A stretch of 64,000 bases of DNA from Gammaproteobacteria bacterium (GTDB lineage: Bacteria; Pseudomonadota; Gammaproteobacteria; Eutrophobiales; Eutrophobiaceae), in NCBI GenBank assembly GCA_965243205.1, contig CBDEUK010000002.1:1344001-1408000 (forward strand), read 5' to 3'. Under the pieces are notes generated by a model, which searched no databases, was not told the DNA's origin, and saw only the letters and a program-made list of their open reading frames with translations. Made by a program: the position numbers and the translations under genes. This document shows, in pieces, positions 51,129 through 61,945 of this stretch (within the stretch, counting starts at the first letter, position 1; every line of letters begins with the position of its first letter).

Positions 51129-51797
51129 ATGTTGTTGAGCAAACCGCAACTTGTCGCCTTCGATTTGGATGGAACATTGGTCGATAGCGCTTTAGACATA
51201 GCTCTTTCAGTTAACCTGATGTTGAAAAAACTGAATAAACCCGAACATTCTGAACAAACAATTCGTCATTGGATTGGTAATGGCGTTGAAAAATTAGTAC
51301 ACCGTGCCCTTACTGGCGATGAGGATGGTATTGCTGAACGTACACTTTTTGAAACTGCTTTAGCTATTTTTAAAGAATTTTATACGGAGAATGTGTGTAA
51401 CCGCAGCCAAGTTTATCCAAATGTAGTAGAAACGTTAGATCACCTTAAAGCAAAAGGCTATAAACTTGCGGTGATTACCAATAAACCAACTGTGTTTACT
51501 GAAGAGTTGCTAAAAAAATTAAGCTTATTCGATTATTTTGCCTTAATAATATCTGGCGATAGCTTAAAGAAAAAGAAACCTGATCCGATGCAACTATCAC
51601 ATACCGCGGAATATTTTAATATCTCTCCTGAAGATGCCTTGATGGTCGGAGACTCCATCAATGATGTTCTCGCAGGAAAAGCAGCAGGTTTTCAAGTACT
51701 TTGTGTCGATTACGGTTACAATCGTGGAGTGGATATACGAGAATCTAGCCCAGATTGTGTGGTTAGCTCTCTCGCGGCCCTCAAAAAATTAATGTAA
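51129..51797 (+). CDS. gph: Phosphoglycolate phosphatase
   Basis: [27 protein letters not shown]; lies between rpe and trpE. Confidence 0.93.
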   Translation: MLLSKPQLVAFDLDGTLVDSALDIALSVNLMLKKLNKPEHSEQTIRHWIGNGVEKLVHRALTGDEDGIAERTLFETALAIFKEFYTENVCNRSQVYPNVVETLDHLKAKGYKLAVITNKPTVFTEELLKKLSLFDYFALIISGDSLKKKKPDPMQLSHTAEYFNISPEDALMVGDSINDVLAGKAAGFQVLCVDYGYNRGVDIRESSPDCVVSSLAALKKLM

Positions 51798-51807
51798 TTT
51801 TATATTT

Positions 51808-53307
51808 ATGAGTCCTGAAGAATTTCAAATTTTAGCAGATGCTGGTTATAACCGTATCCCATTGATGCGTGAAGTACTGGCGGATCTCGAAACGCCATTG
51901 AGCGCGTATATGAAACTCGCCAATGGTCCTTACTCTTATTTATTTGAATCAGTACAAGGCGGTGAAAAATGGGGTCGTTATTCCATTATTGGTTTGCCTG
52001 CCTCATTGGTTTTTAAAGTTCGTGGTAATTACATCAGTATTGAGCAAGACGGTGTGACCGTCGAACAAGTACAAACCAACGATCCACTTAAGGAAATCGA
52101 ATTATTACAACAAGAATTTAACGTCCCAGAGGTACATGGTTTACCGCGCTTTACTGGTGGCCTAGTGGGTTACTTTGGTTACGACACCATCGGTTATATT
52201 GAAAAACGCTTAAAGCAAAATAATAAATCTGACCCGTTAGGCTGCCCTGATATATTGTTGATGGTGTCAGAAAAAGTTATTGTATTTGATAACCTCAGCG
52301 GCAAGTTATACATCATCGTACATGCCAATCCCGAACAAGAAAATGCGTATGAAAATGGTTTAATCGAACTAGAAGAAATTCAAGAAAAATTACAAACCAC
52401 TTCTTTACCACCAATCCACCATACTCCGCGACAAATTTCTGAAACTGATTTTGTCTCTGATTTTAGCCGTGAAGAATTTGAAGAAGCTGTTGAAAAAATA
52501 AAACAATACATTGTTGAAGGCGATACCATGCAAGTGGTTTTATCTCAGCGGCTATCCATACCGTTCGAAGCACCACCAATTAATTTATACCGCGCTTTAC
52601 GCAGTTTAAATCCATCTCCATATATGTATTTCTTGAATCTCAGTGATTTTCATATCGTCGGTTCATCACCAGAAATTCTGGTGAGAAAAGAAGACGATAA
52701 AGTTACTGTTAGACCGATTGCTGGTACGCGCCCTCGTGGAGCTAGCGAAGAAGAAGACAACGCACATGAATTCGATTTAATGCAAGATCCTAAAGAGTTA
52801 GCAGAGCATCTAATGCTAATCGATTTAGGCAGAAATGACATAGGACGTGTTGCAAGATTTGGCAGTGTTGAAGTCACTGAAAATATGGCTATCGAACGTT
52901 ATTCACATGTGATGCACATTGTTTCGAATGTAGTCGGCGAACTGAACGAGGAACTAAGCAGCATTGATGTTTTACGTGCTACTTTTCCAGCCGGTACTGT
53001 ATCTGGTGCACCAAAAATTCGTGCTATGGAAATCATTGATGAATTAGAACCTGTAAAACGTGGTGTTTATGCAGGTGCAATTGGCTATCTTTCTTGGGCG
53101 GGCAATATGGATACCGCTATAGCTATTCGAACAGCAGTCATCAAAGATAAACATTTATCCATTCAGGCAGGTGCTGGTGTTGTTGCCGATTCAGTGCCAA
53201 GTAAAGAATGGGAAGAAACCATGAATAAAGGTCGTGCAATCTTTCGTGCCGTTAGCATGGCTGAGCGAGGCTTACATAAAAAACCGAAAAAGGTAGTGCT
53301 GCCATGA
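51808..53307 (+). CDS. trpE: Anthranilate synthase component I
   Basis: [52 protein letters not shown]. Confidence 0.97.
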   Translation: MSPEEFQILADAGYNRIPLMREVLADLETPLSAYMKLANGPYSYLFESVQGGEKWGRYSIIGLPASLVFKVRGNYISIEQDGVTVEQVQTNDPLKEIELLQQEFNVPEVHGLPRFTGGLVGYFGYDTIGYIEKRLKQNNKSDPLGCPDILLMVSEKVIVFDNLSGKLYIIVHANPEQENAYENGLIELEEIQEKLQTTSLPPIHHTPRQISETDFVSDFSREEFEEAVEKIKQYIVEGDTMQVVLSQRLSIPFEAPPINLYRALRSLNPSPYMYFLNLSDFHIVGSSPEILVRKEDDKVTVRPIAGTRPRGASEEEDNAHEFDLMQDPKELAEHLMLIDLGRNDIGRVARFGSVEVTENMAIERYSHVMHIVSNVVGELNEELSSIDVLRATFPAGTVSGAPKIRAMEIIDELEPVKRGVYAGAIGYLSWAGNMDTAIAIRTAVIKDKHLSIQAGAGVVADSVPSKEWEETMNKGRAIFRAVSMAERGLHKKPKKVVLP

Positions 53308-53888
53308 TTTTAATGATCGACAATTACGATTCCTTTACCTATAACTTAGTGCAATATCTAGGTGAACTTGGTCAAGATGTTCAAGTACATCGTAATGATG
53401 AGATTTCGATTCAACAAATTGAAGAATTAGCACCAAACCAAATTGTTATCTCTCCTGGACCATGCACACCGAATGAGGCAGGTGTTTCCATCGAAGTTAT
53501 TTCGCAATTTAAAGGTAAAATCCCAATACTAGGGGTTTGCTTAGGTCATCAAAGTATTGGCCAAGTGTTCGGCGGAAAAATCATTCATGCCAGAGAAATC
53601 ATGCACGGTAAAACTTCGGATATTTATCATTCAGGCGAAGATGTATTTATGGGATTTTCAAATCCATTTACCGCGACTCGTTATCATTCACTCGTGGTTG
53701 AAAAAGAAAGCTTGCCAGATTGTTTTGATGTTACAGCCTGGACTCAAACCCCTGATGGGCAAATGGATGAAATCATGGGTATTAAACATAAAGAATACGC
53801 GATTTCTGGCGTGCAGTTTCATCCTGAATCGATCCTCACAGCGTTTGGTTATGATTTATTAAATAACTTTTTAATCCAAGATATTTAA
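53304..53888 (+). CDS. trpG: Anthranilate synthase component II (glutamine amidotransferase)
   Basis: [28 protein letters not shown]. Confidence 0.95.
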   Translation: MILMIDNYDSFTYNLVQYLGELGQDVQVHRNDEISIQQIEELAPNQIVISPGPCTPNEAGVSIEVISQFKGKIPILGVCLGHQSIGQVFGGKIIHAREIMHGKTSDIYHSGEDVFMGFSNPFTATRYHSLVVEKESLPDCFDVTAWTQTPDGQMDEIMGIKHKEYAISGVQFHPESILTAFGYDLLNNFLIQDI

Positions 53889-53894
53889 CGGCTC

Positions 53895-54908
53895 TTGATC
53901 GTGGATTACAAAAGCACTCTCAATCAGCTACTCAACCATCATGATTTATCCAGTGATGAGATGACCCAAATAATGCGCATGATTATGACGGGTGAATGTA
54001 CCGATGCACAGATAGCCGGATTTTTAATCGCGTTACGCCAAAAAGGCGAAACGGTTGACGAAATTACCGCTGCTGCCCAAGTCATGCGCGAATTATCTCA
54101 AAAAGTTTTGATTGATGTTCCTCACCTTATTGATACTTGTGGTACTGGTGGCGATGGGGCTAATACCTTTAATATTTCGACAACCGTTGCATTTGTCGCA
54201 GCTGCTGCAGGCGCTAAAGTCGCAAAACATGGAAATCGTTCCGTTTCTAGTAAATCAGGCAGCGCTGATTTACTAGAAAAAGCAGGCGTTAAACTGGATA
54301 TGTCAGCAGACGATATTGCTCGTTGCGTTAAAAAAACTGGAATTGGTTTCATGTTTGCACCTATGCATCACAGTGCAATGAAACACGCAATTGGCCCACG
54401 TAAAGAATTAGGCGTTAGAACTATCTTCAATGTTTTAGGCCCTTTAACTAATCCTGCATCAGCACCTAATCAATTACTCGGAGTGTTTGATCGACAATGG
54501 TTAGTTCCTTTAGCTAAGGTGTTAAAACAATTAGGCAGCGAACATGTTTTGGTCGTGCACTCTGAAGATGGCTTAGATGAAATCAGTTTATCGGCCGCAA
54601 CTTATATTGCAGAACTTAAAGAAGGTTCTATTTCAGAATACACAATCACACCTGAAGAATTTGGTTTTGAACGAATTGATATAAAACAACTGGCTGTTAG
54701 TAGTATTGAAGATAGTCTCAATACCTTTCATTCAGTTTTAAATAATAATCCTGGCCCTGCCCTAGATATTGTTTGTTTGAATGCTGGTGCTGCAATATAT
54801 ACAGCAGGACTAAGCAATTCAATTGCAGAAGGTATTGAACAAGCAAAACAAGCTCTAGCTTCTGGCAAAGCAAAAAATACCTTAGAAAAACTCACTCAAT
54901 TTAAGTAA
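53895..54908 (+). CDS. trpD: Anthranilate phosphoribosyltransferase
   Basis: [30 protein letters not shown]; start TTG 53895 or GTG 53901. Confidence 0.97.
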   Translation: MIVDYKSTLNQLLNHHDLSSDEMTQIMRMIMTGECTDAQIAGFLIALRQKGETVDEITAAAQVMRELSQKVLIDVPHLIDTCGTGGDGANTFNISTTVAFVAAAAGAKVAKHGNRSVSSKSGSADLLEKAGVKLDMSADDIARCVKKTGIGFMFAPMHHSAMKHAIGPRKELGVRTIFNVLGPLTNPASAPNQLLGVFDRQWLVPLAKVLKQLGSEHVLVVHSEDGLDEISLSAATYIAELKEGSISEYTITPEEFGFERIDIKQLAVSSIEDSLNTFHSVLNNNPGPALDIVCLNAGAAIYTAGLSNSIAEGIEQAKQALASGKAKNTLEKLTQFK

Positions 54909-54912
54909 TAAA

Positions 54913-55713
54913 ATGCAAGATACACCTGATATTTTAAAAAAAATTCTCGATGTTAAAGTAGAAGAAGTTGAACATAGACAACGTGAAAGATCCTTGACAG
55001 ATATAAAAGCAGAAGCAGAAGATTGTGCAGAAACACGAGGCTTCACATCTGCTATACAAAGCAAACTTGACGCTGGTTTACCCGCAGTCATTGCAGAAAT
55101 AAAAAAAGCGTCTCCGAGCAAAGGTGTGATTCGTGAAAATTTCAAACCCGCTGATATCGCAAAATCCTACGCAAAAGCTGGTGCCGCTTGTTTGTCGGTA
55201 TTAACTGATATTAAATTTTTCCAAGGTGATGATGCTTATCTACAACAAGCCAGAAAAGCCTGCGAATTACCTGTCTTGCGTAAAGATTTTATGATTGATC
55301 CTTATCAAATTTATGAATCACGAGTCATTGGAGCAGATTGTATTTTAATTATTGTCTCCGCATTAAGTGATATGCAGATGCAAGATTTAGTAGGTACTGC
55401 ACGTGAACTCGATTTAGATGTATTGGTAGAAGTGCATGACCGTGAAGAATTAGAGCGCGGCCTTATGCTAAGAACGCCTTTAATAGGAATTAATAATCGA
55501 AACTTAAGAACATTTGAAACCGATTTAAATACGACCTTAGGATTATTAACCGACGTATTCCATGATCGAACGGTTGTTACAGAAAGCGGAATACATACAC
55601 CAGAAGATGTGCAGTTAATGCGTAAAAACGAAGTCAATAGTTTTTTAGTTGGAGAGGCCTTTATGGCTGCAAACGATCCAGGTGAAAAATTAAAAGAATT
55701 GTTTCAACTTTAA
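54913..55713 (+). CDS. trpC: Indole-3-glycerol phosphate synthase
   Basis: [34 protein letters not shown]. Confidence 0.98.
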   Translation: MQDTPDILKKILDVKVEEVEHRQRERSLTDIKAEAEDCAETRGFTSAIQSKLDAGLPAVIAEIKKASPSKGVIRENFKPADIAKSYAKAGAACLSVLTDIKFFQGDDAYLQQARKACELPVLRKDFMIDPYQIYESRVIGADCILIIVSALSDMQMQDLVGTARELDLDVLVEVHDREELERGLMLRTPLIGINNRNLRTFETDLNTTLGLLTDVFHDRTVVTESGIHTPEDVQLMRKNEVNSFLVGEAFMAANDPGEKLKELFQL

Positions 55714-55755
55714 AATTTTGTCTACATTCACATTCCTACTCTATGGATAAGCCTT

Positions 55756-56661
55756 ATGAATAAATTCAGTTTAGCCCTTTTAACTCTTCTTTTACTACAA
55801 GCATGTTCTGAAAAAACACCAAATGAAATAACTTCCAGTGAAAAAGAACAAGCGAACAAGCTTGAATTAAGCTGGGAACTAACTGGCCTATCAACACCAG
55901 AGTCAGCACTTTATGACTCCGATAAAAACATCATTTATGTTTCTAACATAAATGGCGGTCCTATGGAGAAAGATGGTAATGGTTTTATTTCTATCATTTC
56001 CCCTGAAGGCAAACTTATTAATTTAAATTGGGTAAAGGGTTTAAACGCACCTAAAGGAATGAGCTTATTCGCTGATAAACTTTATGTTGCAGATATAGAT
56101 ATGCTAGTTGTTATCGATACCAATACTGGTGACATTCTTGAACAATATCAAGGCAGCAATGCAAAGTTTCTGAATGATGTCACCGTAACAAAAGATGGTA
56201 AGGTATTTGTTTCTGATATGTTAACCAACACGATATATTGTTTGGAAGGAAGTACATTCGATGTTTGGCTTAACGACGAAAAACTCATCTCACCGAATGG
56301 CTTACACGCAGAACCAGAACAACTTATCGTAGGTAGCTGGGGAGTGATGACAGATGGCTTCGCCACTAAAGTGCCTGGTCATATGTTATCTGTTCATTAT
56401 GATTCAAAATCTATTTCAAACCTGGGCAATGGCCAATCGGTGGGGAACCTAGATGGTGTTGAACCTATCGGAGAAAATTTTCTAGTAACCGATTGGATGG
56501 TAGGCAAATTATATAAGATTGATCGCGCTGGAAATGCTGAGTTACTTCTTGAATTAGAACAGGGTATGGCTGATCATGAATTTATTACTGAAGAAAATCT
56601 TATATTACTACCCATGATGAAGAACGACAAACTGCTGGCTTATACCCTATCTGTCCATTAA
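55756..56661 (+). CDS. SMP-30/gluconolactonase-like beta-propeller lipoprotein
   Basis: Lipobox LQAC; PESALYD, KDGNGFIS, GLNAPKGM, FLNDV, PNGL, NLDGV. Confidence 0.8.
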   Translation: MNKFSLALLTLLLLQACSEKTPNEITSSEKEQANKLELSWELTGLSTPESALYDSDKNIIYVSNINGGPMEKDGNGFISIISPEGKLINLNWVKGLNAPKGMSLFADKLYVADIDMLVVIDTNTGDILEQYQGSNAKFLNDVTVTKDGKVFVSDMLTNTIYCLEGSTFDVWLNDEKLISPNGLHAEPEQLIVGSWGVMTDGFATKVPGHMLSVHYDSKSISNLGNGQSVGNLDGVEPIGENFLVTDWMVGKLYKIDRAGNAELLLELEQGMADHEFITEENLILLPMMKNDKLLAYTLSVH

Positions 56662-56684
56662 TTCGCCTTACATAGATTTACTTA

Positions 56685-56715
56685 TACAGAGTTCATTCCT
56701 ACACTGAACTCTGTA
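56685..56715. terminator. Perfect 11-bp hairpin, probable terminator or processing signal
   Basis: TACAGAGTTCA-9 nt-TGAACTCTGTA. Confidence 0.55.
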
Positions 56716-56813
56716 AAAGCTGCTGCAAGTTATTAAATTATATAAAATTCTAGTTGATATAAATCCACGCTTAGAGTATACATTTAGAATTACATAAGCA
56801 ATGGTATGGCAAT

Positions 56814-58358
56814 GTGGGCGTAAAACTTCATACAGTTTTCAGACAAACCAAAACTGAGATTGCGTTAGGGATCTGTTTAAGTCTGCTGTGCGCTGGGTTA
56901 ATTTGGCATCAGACTGAAAAATCGCAAGTCCATACATGGCTATTAATTATAACCACCATCTACGCATTACGTTATGGTTTGGTCGATTATCTAAGCAAAC
57001 TGCACAGCGCCAATCGTAATAGTCTTGGTAACCAACTCATACTCGTTATCGGCCTGATAATATGTGGTTTAGCTTGGGCAGGCCTTATTATCAATACACC
57101 TTTTAAAACAGGATTCTCTGATATAAACCTGATCGGTCTCGGTATTGCTGGCGCAGTATCATTTATTGTTTTGATTGTATATCTCGGGCGTTTGGAATTT
57201 GTCTTAAGCTTTGCGATTGCTGCCCTAGCGTTACCATTTATCACTATAATTGATTCCCTTCAAAACCATATAATCACGCTCACATATCTCTTAACATGGT
57301 TAGTGTGTTTGGTATTTGGAAGCTCACGAATTAGAAAACAATTGCAATCACAACCCGTACGAAATATTGAGTCCATTAATGAATCAAATCTAAAACTACA
57401 AAACGAAAGATTAACGAACCAACTTGCAACTGCTCAAGCAAAAATCGAAGAATTAACGAATTCTTTGAAGCTAACTAACCTTGATTTAGAAACCACCCAA
57501 AATAAAGCAGATGCTCTCTCTATCACTTTAAATCAAATCAACCCTTTCGATTTAGAATCTGGACTATTAACTGAAGTTAAACATAAAACTATTCTACAAC
57601 GTGAATGGGCTAGGATGGGACGGCTCGACTTACCCATTAGCTTAATCTATTTATCAATTGATGATTTTGATAAATACCAAGAAGCGTATGATAAAAAAGC
57701 CGCTTCGATGACTTTCAAACGAGTTGTTAAAATTGTAAAAAATACTTGCCAGCGCCCTGGTGATGTTTTTGGAAAACTAAAAAATTCTATAATCGCAATT
57801 CTGCTTCCTGAAACTGAACTTGATCACAGCATCGAGCTAGCAAATACGATTTGTAAAGATGTGGAATCCTTAAATATAAAACATGTTGAGAATGCTGCAA
57901 ACGAATTCGTGACGGTGAGCCTAGGTATTGCAACAGTAATCCCTAACGATTTATTAACAGAAGGAGAATTTCTTAAACGTGCCGATTCAGCGCTTTATGA
58001 AGCAAAGTTCCAAGGAGGAAATCGAGTTTCACATTATATCAGCCATCCTGAATTAAAACTCGAGCATTGGGATGAAGAAAAAAATGGTAAAGTCACAGCC
58101 GATAAACTTAAAAAGAGATTAGGCTCTCTTGGTTTTGAAACAGAAAATAAAACCTACTTAGCTGGCGGAGATATTAAAGATCGACGAACCCACGCTGAAT
58201 TTGGTATTGGCATTTTAACCGGAAACTTTATGGTATTGATTGATGGAGATACTATAAAAATGAGAGCCGGAGATATATTAACTATTCCTAAATCACTTAA
58301 TATTCTTTGCAAAGTTAAAGGTTCAGAGACAGTTATTTGTTATGAAGGAAACCGTTAA
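56814..58358 (+). CDS. Membrane protein with coiled coil, degenerate GGDEF domain and C-terminal cupin
   Basis: About 5-6 TM segments; GGDEF fold (REWAR, IDDFDKY, VTVSLGIA, RADSALYEAK..GGNRV) with RPGD but no GGDEF motif; cupin MRAGDILTIP. Confidence 0.85.
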   Translation: MGVKLHTVFRQTKTEIALGICLSLLCAGLIWHQTEKSQVHTWLLIITTIYALRYGLVDYLSKLHSANRNSLGNQLILVIGLIICGLAWAGLIINTPFKTGFSDINLIGLGIAGAVSFIVLIVYLGRLEFVLSFAIAALALPFITIIDSLQNHIITLTYLLTWLVCLVFGSSRIRKQLQSQPVRNIESINESNLKLQNERLTNQLATAQAKIEELTNSLKLTNLDLETTQNKADALSITLNQINPFDLESGLLTEVKHKTILQREWARMGRLDLPISLIYLSIDDFDKYQEAYDKKAASMTFKRVVKIVKNTCQRPGDVFGKLKNSIIAILLPETELDHSIELANTICKDVESLNIKHVENAANEFVTVSLGIATVIPNDLLTEGEFLKRADSALYEAKFQGGNRVSHYISHPELKLEHWDEEKNGKVTADKLKKRLGSLGFETENKTYLAGGDIKDRRTHAEFGIGILTGNFMVLIDGDTIKMRAGDILTIPKSLNILCKVKGSETVICYEGNR

Positions 58359-58366
58359 CTTTTTAA

Positions 58367-58996
58367 TTACTGCTTGCCGTACGTCTTAAATTTTTCAATA
58401 TTAATATTCATTTCTTCTTCAGTTAATAAAACAGGATTTCCCAACTGGGCAGCAATACAGTATTGGTGTGCTAAATCTTCTATCAATTTAGAATTCTCAA
58501 GTGCTTCATCTAGATTAATCCCTGTTGCGATTTGACCATGATTTGCTAACAAACAACCTTTTCTATTATTCAAAGCACTGATGGCGTTAGTTGATAATTC
58601 TTCCGTACCAAACGTTGCATACTCAGCGCATCTGATTGAATCTCCACCTAACTTCGTCACCATATAATGAAAGCCTGGTATTGATTGTCGATTACAAGCC
58701 ACCCCCGTTGCATATGGAGAATGCACATGAACAATCGCTTTTACTTCTTCCATTGATTGATAGATAGCACTATGAAATCGCCATTCGCTTGAAGGTTTCA
58801 ATTTACCTTGTATAACTTGACCTTCGTAATCACATTCAACAATAGCTGATGGTTGTAAAACATTATATGGTAAACCTGTTGGGGTAATTAAAAATCCATT
58901 ATCAGTTCTAACACTGGCATTACCTGAGGCACCAACAGATAAACCAGATGATTCGAACTGTTGAGTAATTGAAATAAGTTGTTCTCGGAAATCCAT
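58367..58996 (-). CDS. Class II aldolase (FucA/Ald2-like)
   Basis: SGNASVR, ITPTG, PSSEWRFH, HVHSPYAT, FHYM, LLANHG. Confidence 0.92.
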   Translation of the reverse strand: MDFREQLISITQQFESSGLSVGASGNASVRTDNGFLITPTGLPYNVLQPSAIVECDYEGQVIQGKLKPSSEWRFHSAIYQSMEEVKAIVHVHSPYATGVACNRQSIPGFHYMVTKLGGDSIRCAEYATFGTEELSTNAISALNNRKGCLLANHGQIATGINLDEALENSKLIEDLAHQYCIAAQLGNPVLLTEEEMNINIEKFKTYGKQ

Positions 58997-59033
58997 AACG
59001 TTTCATTGTAATTGATAAATAGGAAAGACTAAA

Positions 59034-59468
59034 TTATATGGGGGGAATTCTACCAGCAAACATCAATAAAATTTGTTTTGCTACAGTCGGTCCTTGTTTT
59101 AACAAATTAGAATCAAAACCTTTATCTAAGAACTCTGAATAGCCTTCAATATGTTTAAAATCTTCTTGTTGAACTATATGAAATCCCATCGACCATTCTG
59201 GAAATGTTCTTTGATCAATGGGGGATAGAAAATACTCCGTTATAGCCGTATGCCGTTTATCTTTCGATATTTTTAAACGAAACAAATCTTCAATAATATG
59301 TTTATCGCCTTCTAAAAGCTGCAAAAAAGAATTCTTATGATGCAACAACATGCCTGTAATATTTTTTCTCAAATTGTAATTACGAGCCTGCTCCAATAGT
59401 GACTTCAATTCAATTTCAGTCAACGGTTCTGTTTCAGCGCTGGTATACAATAATGAGTAAAGCTGCAT
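59034..59468 (-). CDS. Short BLUF-domain blue-light photoreceptor
   Basis: LLYTS, ARNYN..NITGMLL, FLQLLEG, DKRH, RTFPEWSMGF. Confidence 0.93.
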   Translation of the reverse strand: MQLYSLLYTSAETEPLTEIELKSLLEQARNYNLRKNITGMLLHHKNSFLQLLEGDKHIIEDLFRLKISKDKRHTAITEYFLSPIDQRTFPEWSMGFHIVQQEDFKHIEGYSEFLDKGFDSNLLKQGPTVAKQILLMFAGRIPPI

Positions 59469-59499
59469 GCAACTAACTCCTTGTAAGCCTTTTAGAGAA

Positions 59500-59528
59500 A
59501 GTGTAGTAGGCGAAAAGTATTAATTCAA
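59500..59528 (-). promoter_or_regulatory. Putative promoter of the BLUF gene (sigma70/sigmaS type)
   Basis: TTGAAT-17 bp-TACACT, with C at -13 (CTACACT). Confidence 0.55.
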
Positions 59529-59531
59529 TGC

Positions 59532-60617
59532 TTATACATTAAAACGAAATAACATTACATCACCATCTTGGACGATGTAATCTTTGCCTTCAAGTCGCCA
59601 TTTGCCAGCTTCCTTTGCACCTTGTTCACCGTTATTTTCAATATAATCTTCATACGCGGTTACTTCAGCACGAATGAAGCCTTTTTCAAAATCAGTATGA
59701 ATAACACCTGCAGCTTTAGGTGCAGAACAACCTTGAGGAATAGTCCAAGCTCGCGCTTCTTTTGGACCAGCAGTGAAATAGGTTTGTAATCCTAGTAATT
59801 CATAACCTGCACGAATGATTCTATTCAATCCTGGTTCTTCTAAACCAATTTCGCTTAAAAAATCAGCCTTATCGGATTCATCCAGTTCGGCTATTTCCGA
59901 TTCAATCGCGGCACATACTGGAATCACCTGAGTACCTTCTTCTTTAGCAAGCTCAGTTAATTTTGCTAACCATTCGTTGGACTCAATACCATCTTCTTCG
60001 ACATTGGCAATATATAAAATTGGTTTAGACGTTAACAATTGTAAATTACCGATTTCCATTTCAGCAAAGCCATCTAATGTTCTAACGGGTGCACCAGTAT
60101 CTAAATGTTTAGCAATCAACTCTAATTGCTCTTGTTGAGTTTTGGCTTCCTTATTTCCACTGCGAGATAATTTTAAAACTTTTTGTAATGCCTTATCTAT
60201 TGTCTCTTGATCCGCTAAACACAATTCAGTATTGATGATATCAATGTCTTCTAAAGGATTTACTCGACCAGATACATGCACAATATTTTCATCTTCAAAA
60301 CATCGGACTACTTGAGCAATTGCTTGGGTTTCTCTGATATGGGCTAAAAACTGATTCCCTAAACCTTCACCTTTAGAAGCACCTTCAACCAAACCGGCTA
60401 TATCAACAAAATCCATATGCGCAGGAATCACTTCTTTGGATTGAGCAATCTTGGAAATCTTATCCAAGCGCGGATCAGGAACAGGAACTACACCAACATT
60501 TGGCTCGATTGTGCAAAAAGGATAATTCTCAGCATCAATACCAGAATTGGTTAATGCATTAAATAAAGTTGATTTACCAACGTTTGGTAAACCGACGATG
60601 CCACATTTAAAACCCAT
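59532..60617 (-). CDS. ychF: Redox-regulated ATPase YchF
   Basis: [38 protein letters not shown]. Confidence 0.99.
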   Translation of the reverse strand: MGFKCGIVGLPNVGKSTLFNALTNSGIDAENYPFCTIEPNVGVVPVPDPRLDKISKIAQSKEVIPAHMDFVDIAGLVEGASKGEGLGNQFLAHIRETQAIAQVVRCFEDENIVHVSGRVNPLEDIDIINTELCLADQETIDKALQKVLKLSRSGNKEAKTQQEQLELIAKHLDTGAPVRTLDGFAEMEIGNLQLLTSKPILYIANVEEDGIESNEWLAKLTELAKEEGTQVIPVCAAIESEIAELDESDKADFLSEIGLEEPGLNRIIRAGYELLGLQTYFTAGPKEARAWTIPQGCSAPKAAGVIHTDFEKGFIRAEVTAYEDYIENNGEQGAKEAGKWRLEGKDYIVQDGDVMLFRFNV

Positions 60618-60619
60618 AA

Positions 60620-61204
60620 TTACCCCTTTACAGTATGCAATGCGTTCATTGCTTTTTGCTGTTCGCCTGCAACGAATAATGGAATATTATCAACAGTATG
60701 ATGAACAGCGATATCAATTAAGTCTTGTTCATCATGACTCGCTCGTCCTAAAACATAATTAGCCACTTTATGTTTATCTCCAGGATGCCCTACACCGATA
60801 CGCAATCTTGAAAAACCATTTCCACCTAAACAACTAATAATGTCTCGAAGACCATTTTGCCCTCCATGTCCTCCACCTGATTTAAAACGTGCGGTTCCAG
60901 GCGATAAATCAATTTCATCATGAATCACTAATATCTCTTCCATTTTAATTTTATAAAACGACATTGCGGCTTGAACAGCTCTACCACTATTATTCATAAA
61001 GGTTTGGGGTTTTAATAACCAAACATCATTATCATTAATTGAAGCTTGAGCAATTTCAGATTGAAATTTAGATTGTAATTTGAAATTTGCTTGATACTTA
61101 TCAGCTAATAGGTCTAAACACCAAAACCCGGCATTATGCCGGGTTTGTTGGTATTCTTGGCCGGGATTTCCAAGACCAGCAATTAATTTTATTTTGCTGG
61201 TCAT
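60620..61204 (-). CDS. pth: Peptidyl-tRNA hydrolase
   Basis: [34 protein letters not shown]. Confidence 0.98.
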   Translation of the reverse strand: MTSKIKLIAGLGNPGQEYQQTRHNAGFWCLDLLADKYQANFKLQSKFQSEIAQASINDNDVWLLKPQTFMNNSGRAVQAAMSFYKIKMEEILVIHDEIDLSPGTARFKSGGGHGGQNGLRDIISCLGGNGFSRLRIGVGHPGDKHKVANYVLGRASHDEQDLIDIAVHHTVDNIPLFVAGEQQKAMNALHTVKG

Positions 61205-61232
61205 AGACTAACCCTCAAAATTTATCCTTAGA

Positions 61233-61874
61233 TTACTCTGACGCGTCCTCAGAAGAATCTTCAGCAGCATCACCAGACTCTTCTTCTGCATCCGAACCGC
61301 CTTTAGGTGCGTTCACAGAAACCACTGGCTGACTCGCATCACCGCCATGAGCTAAGGCATAGATTTCTACACCTTCTGGTAGCTGAAGATCGCCTAAATG
61401 AATGGTAGTTCCAAGTTCTACTTCTAATAAATCAATTTCGATGTATTCAGGAAGATCTTTTGGTAAACATTGAATATCCAATTCAGACATCACGTGACTG
61501 ATAACGCCACCTGCTTTCGCGCCAACACATTTTTCTTCATTCACATAGTGAATTGGAACCGTCATAGAAAGCTTTTCGCCTGCTTTAATGCGCAAGAAGT
61601 CTACATGTAGTACTTCAGGCTTATATACATGGCGTTGTAAGTCTTTCAAAACCACTTTTTCTTTCTTGCCATCAATTGATAGGTCAAGAATATGTGAGTA
61701 GAAAGCCTCATGTTCTAGGTGATGGAAAATTTCATTGTGAGGTAAAGTGATCATTACAGCATCATCACTACCACCATACACAATACCCGGGACTTTGCCC
61801 GCACGACGTAAGCGGCGGCTCGCACCTTTCCCCACGTCAGTACGCGACTCGGCATTAACATTAAATTCATTCAT
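61233..61874 (-). CDS. rplY: 50S ribosomal protein L25 (long CTC form)
   Basis: GKGASRRLRRAGKVPGIVYG, HVDFLR, PKDLPEYIE. Confidence 0.98.
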   Translation of the reverse strand: MNEFNVNAESRTDVGKGASRRLRRAGKVPGIVYGGSDDAVMITLPHNEIFHHLEHEAFYSHILDLSIDGKKEKVVLKDLQRHVYKPEVLHVDFLRIKAGEKLSMTVPIHYVNEEKCVGAKAGGVISHVMSELDIQCLPKDLPEYIEIDLLEVELGTTIHLGDLQLPEGVEIYALAHGGDASQPVVSVNAPKGGSDAEEESGDAAEDSSEDASE

Positions 61875-61895
61875 GTTGTTTGCTCCTAATAGGTT

Positions 61896-61924
61896 AATAA
61901 AAAACCTGCTTGCGACCAGCAGGT
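61896..61924 (-). promoter_or_regulatory. rplY leader hairpin (L25-leader-like), possibly also the prs terminator
   Basis: ACCUGCU-GGUCGCA-AGCAGGU then a U-run; UGGUCGC loop recalled from proteobacterial rplY leaders. Confidence 0.6.
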
Positions 61925-61945
61925 AAATAAGTACTACTTAAAACT

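Noticed and set aside
55731-56702. 9-bp direct repeat CATTCCTAC flanking the beta-propeller gene (55731 and 56694)
   Set aside because: Short, with no transposase or terminal inverted repeats; compatible with chance
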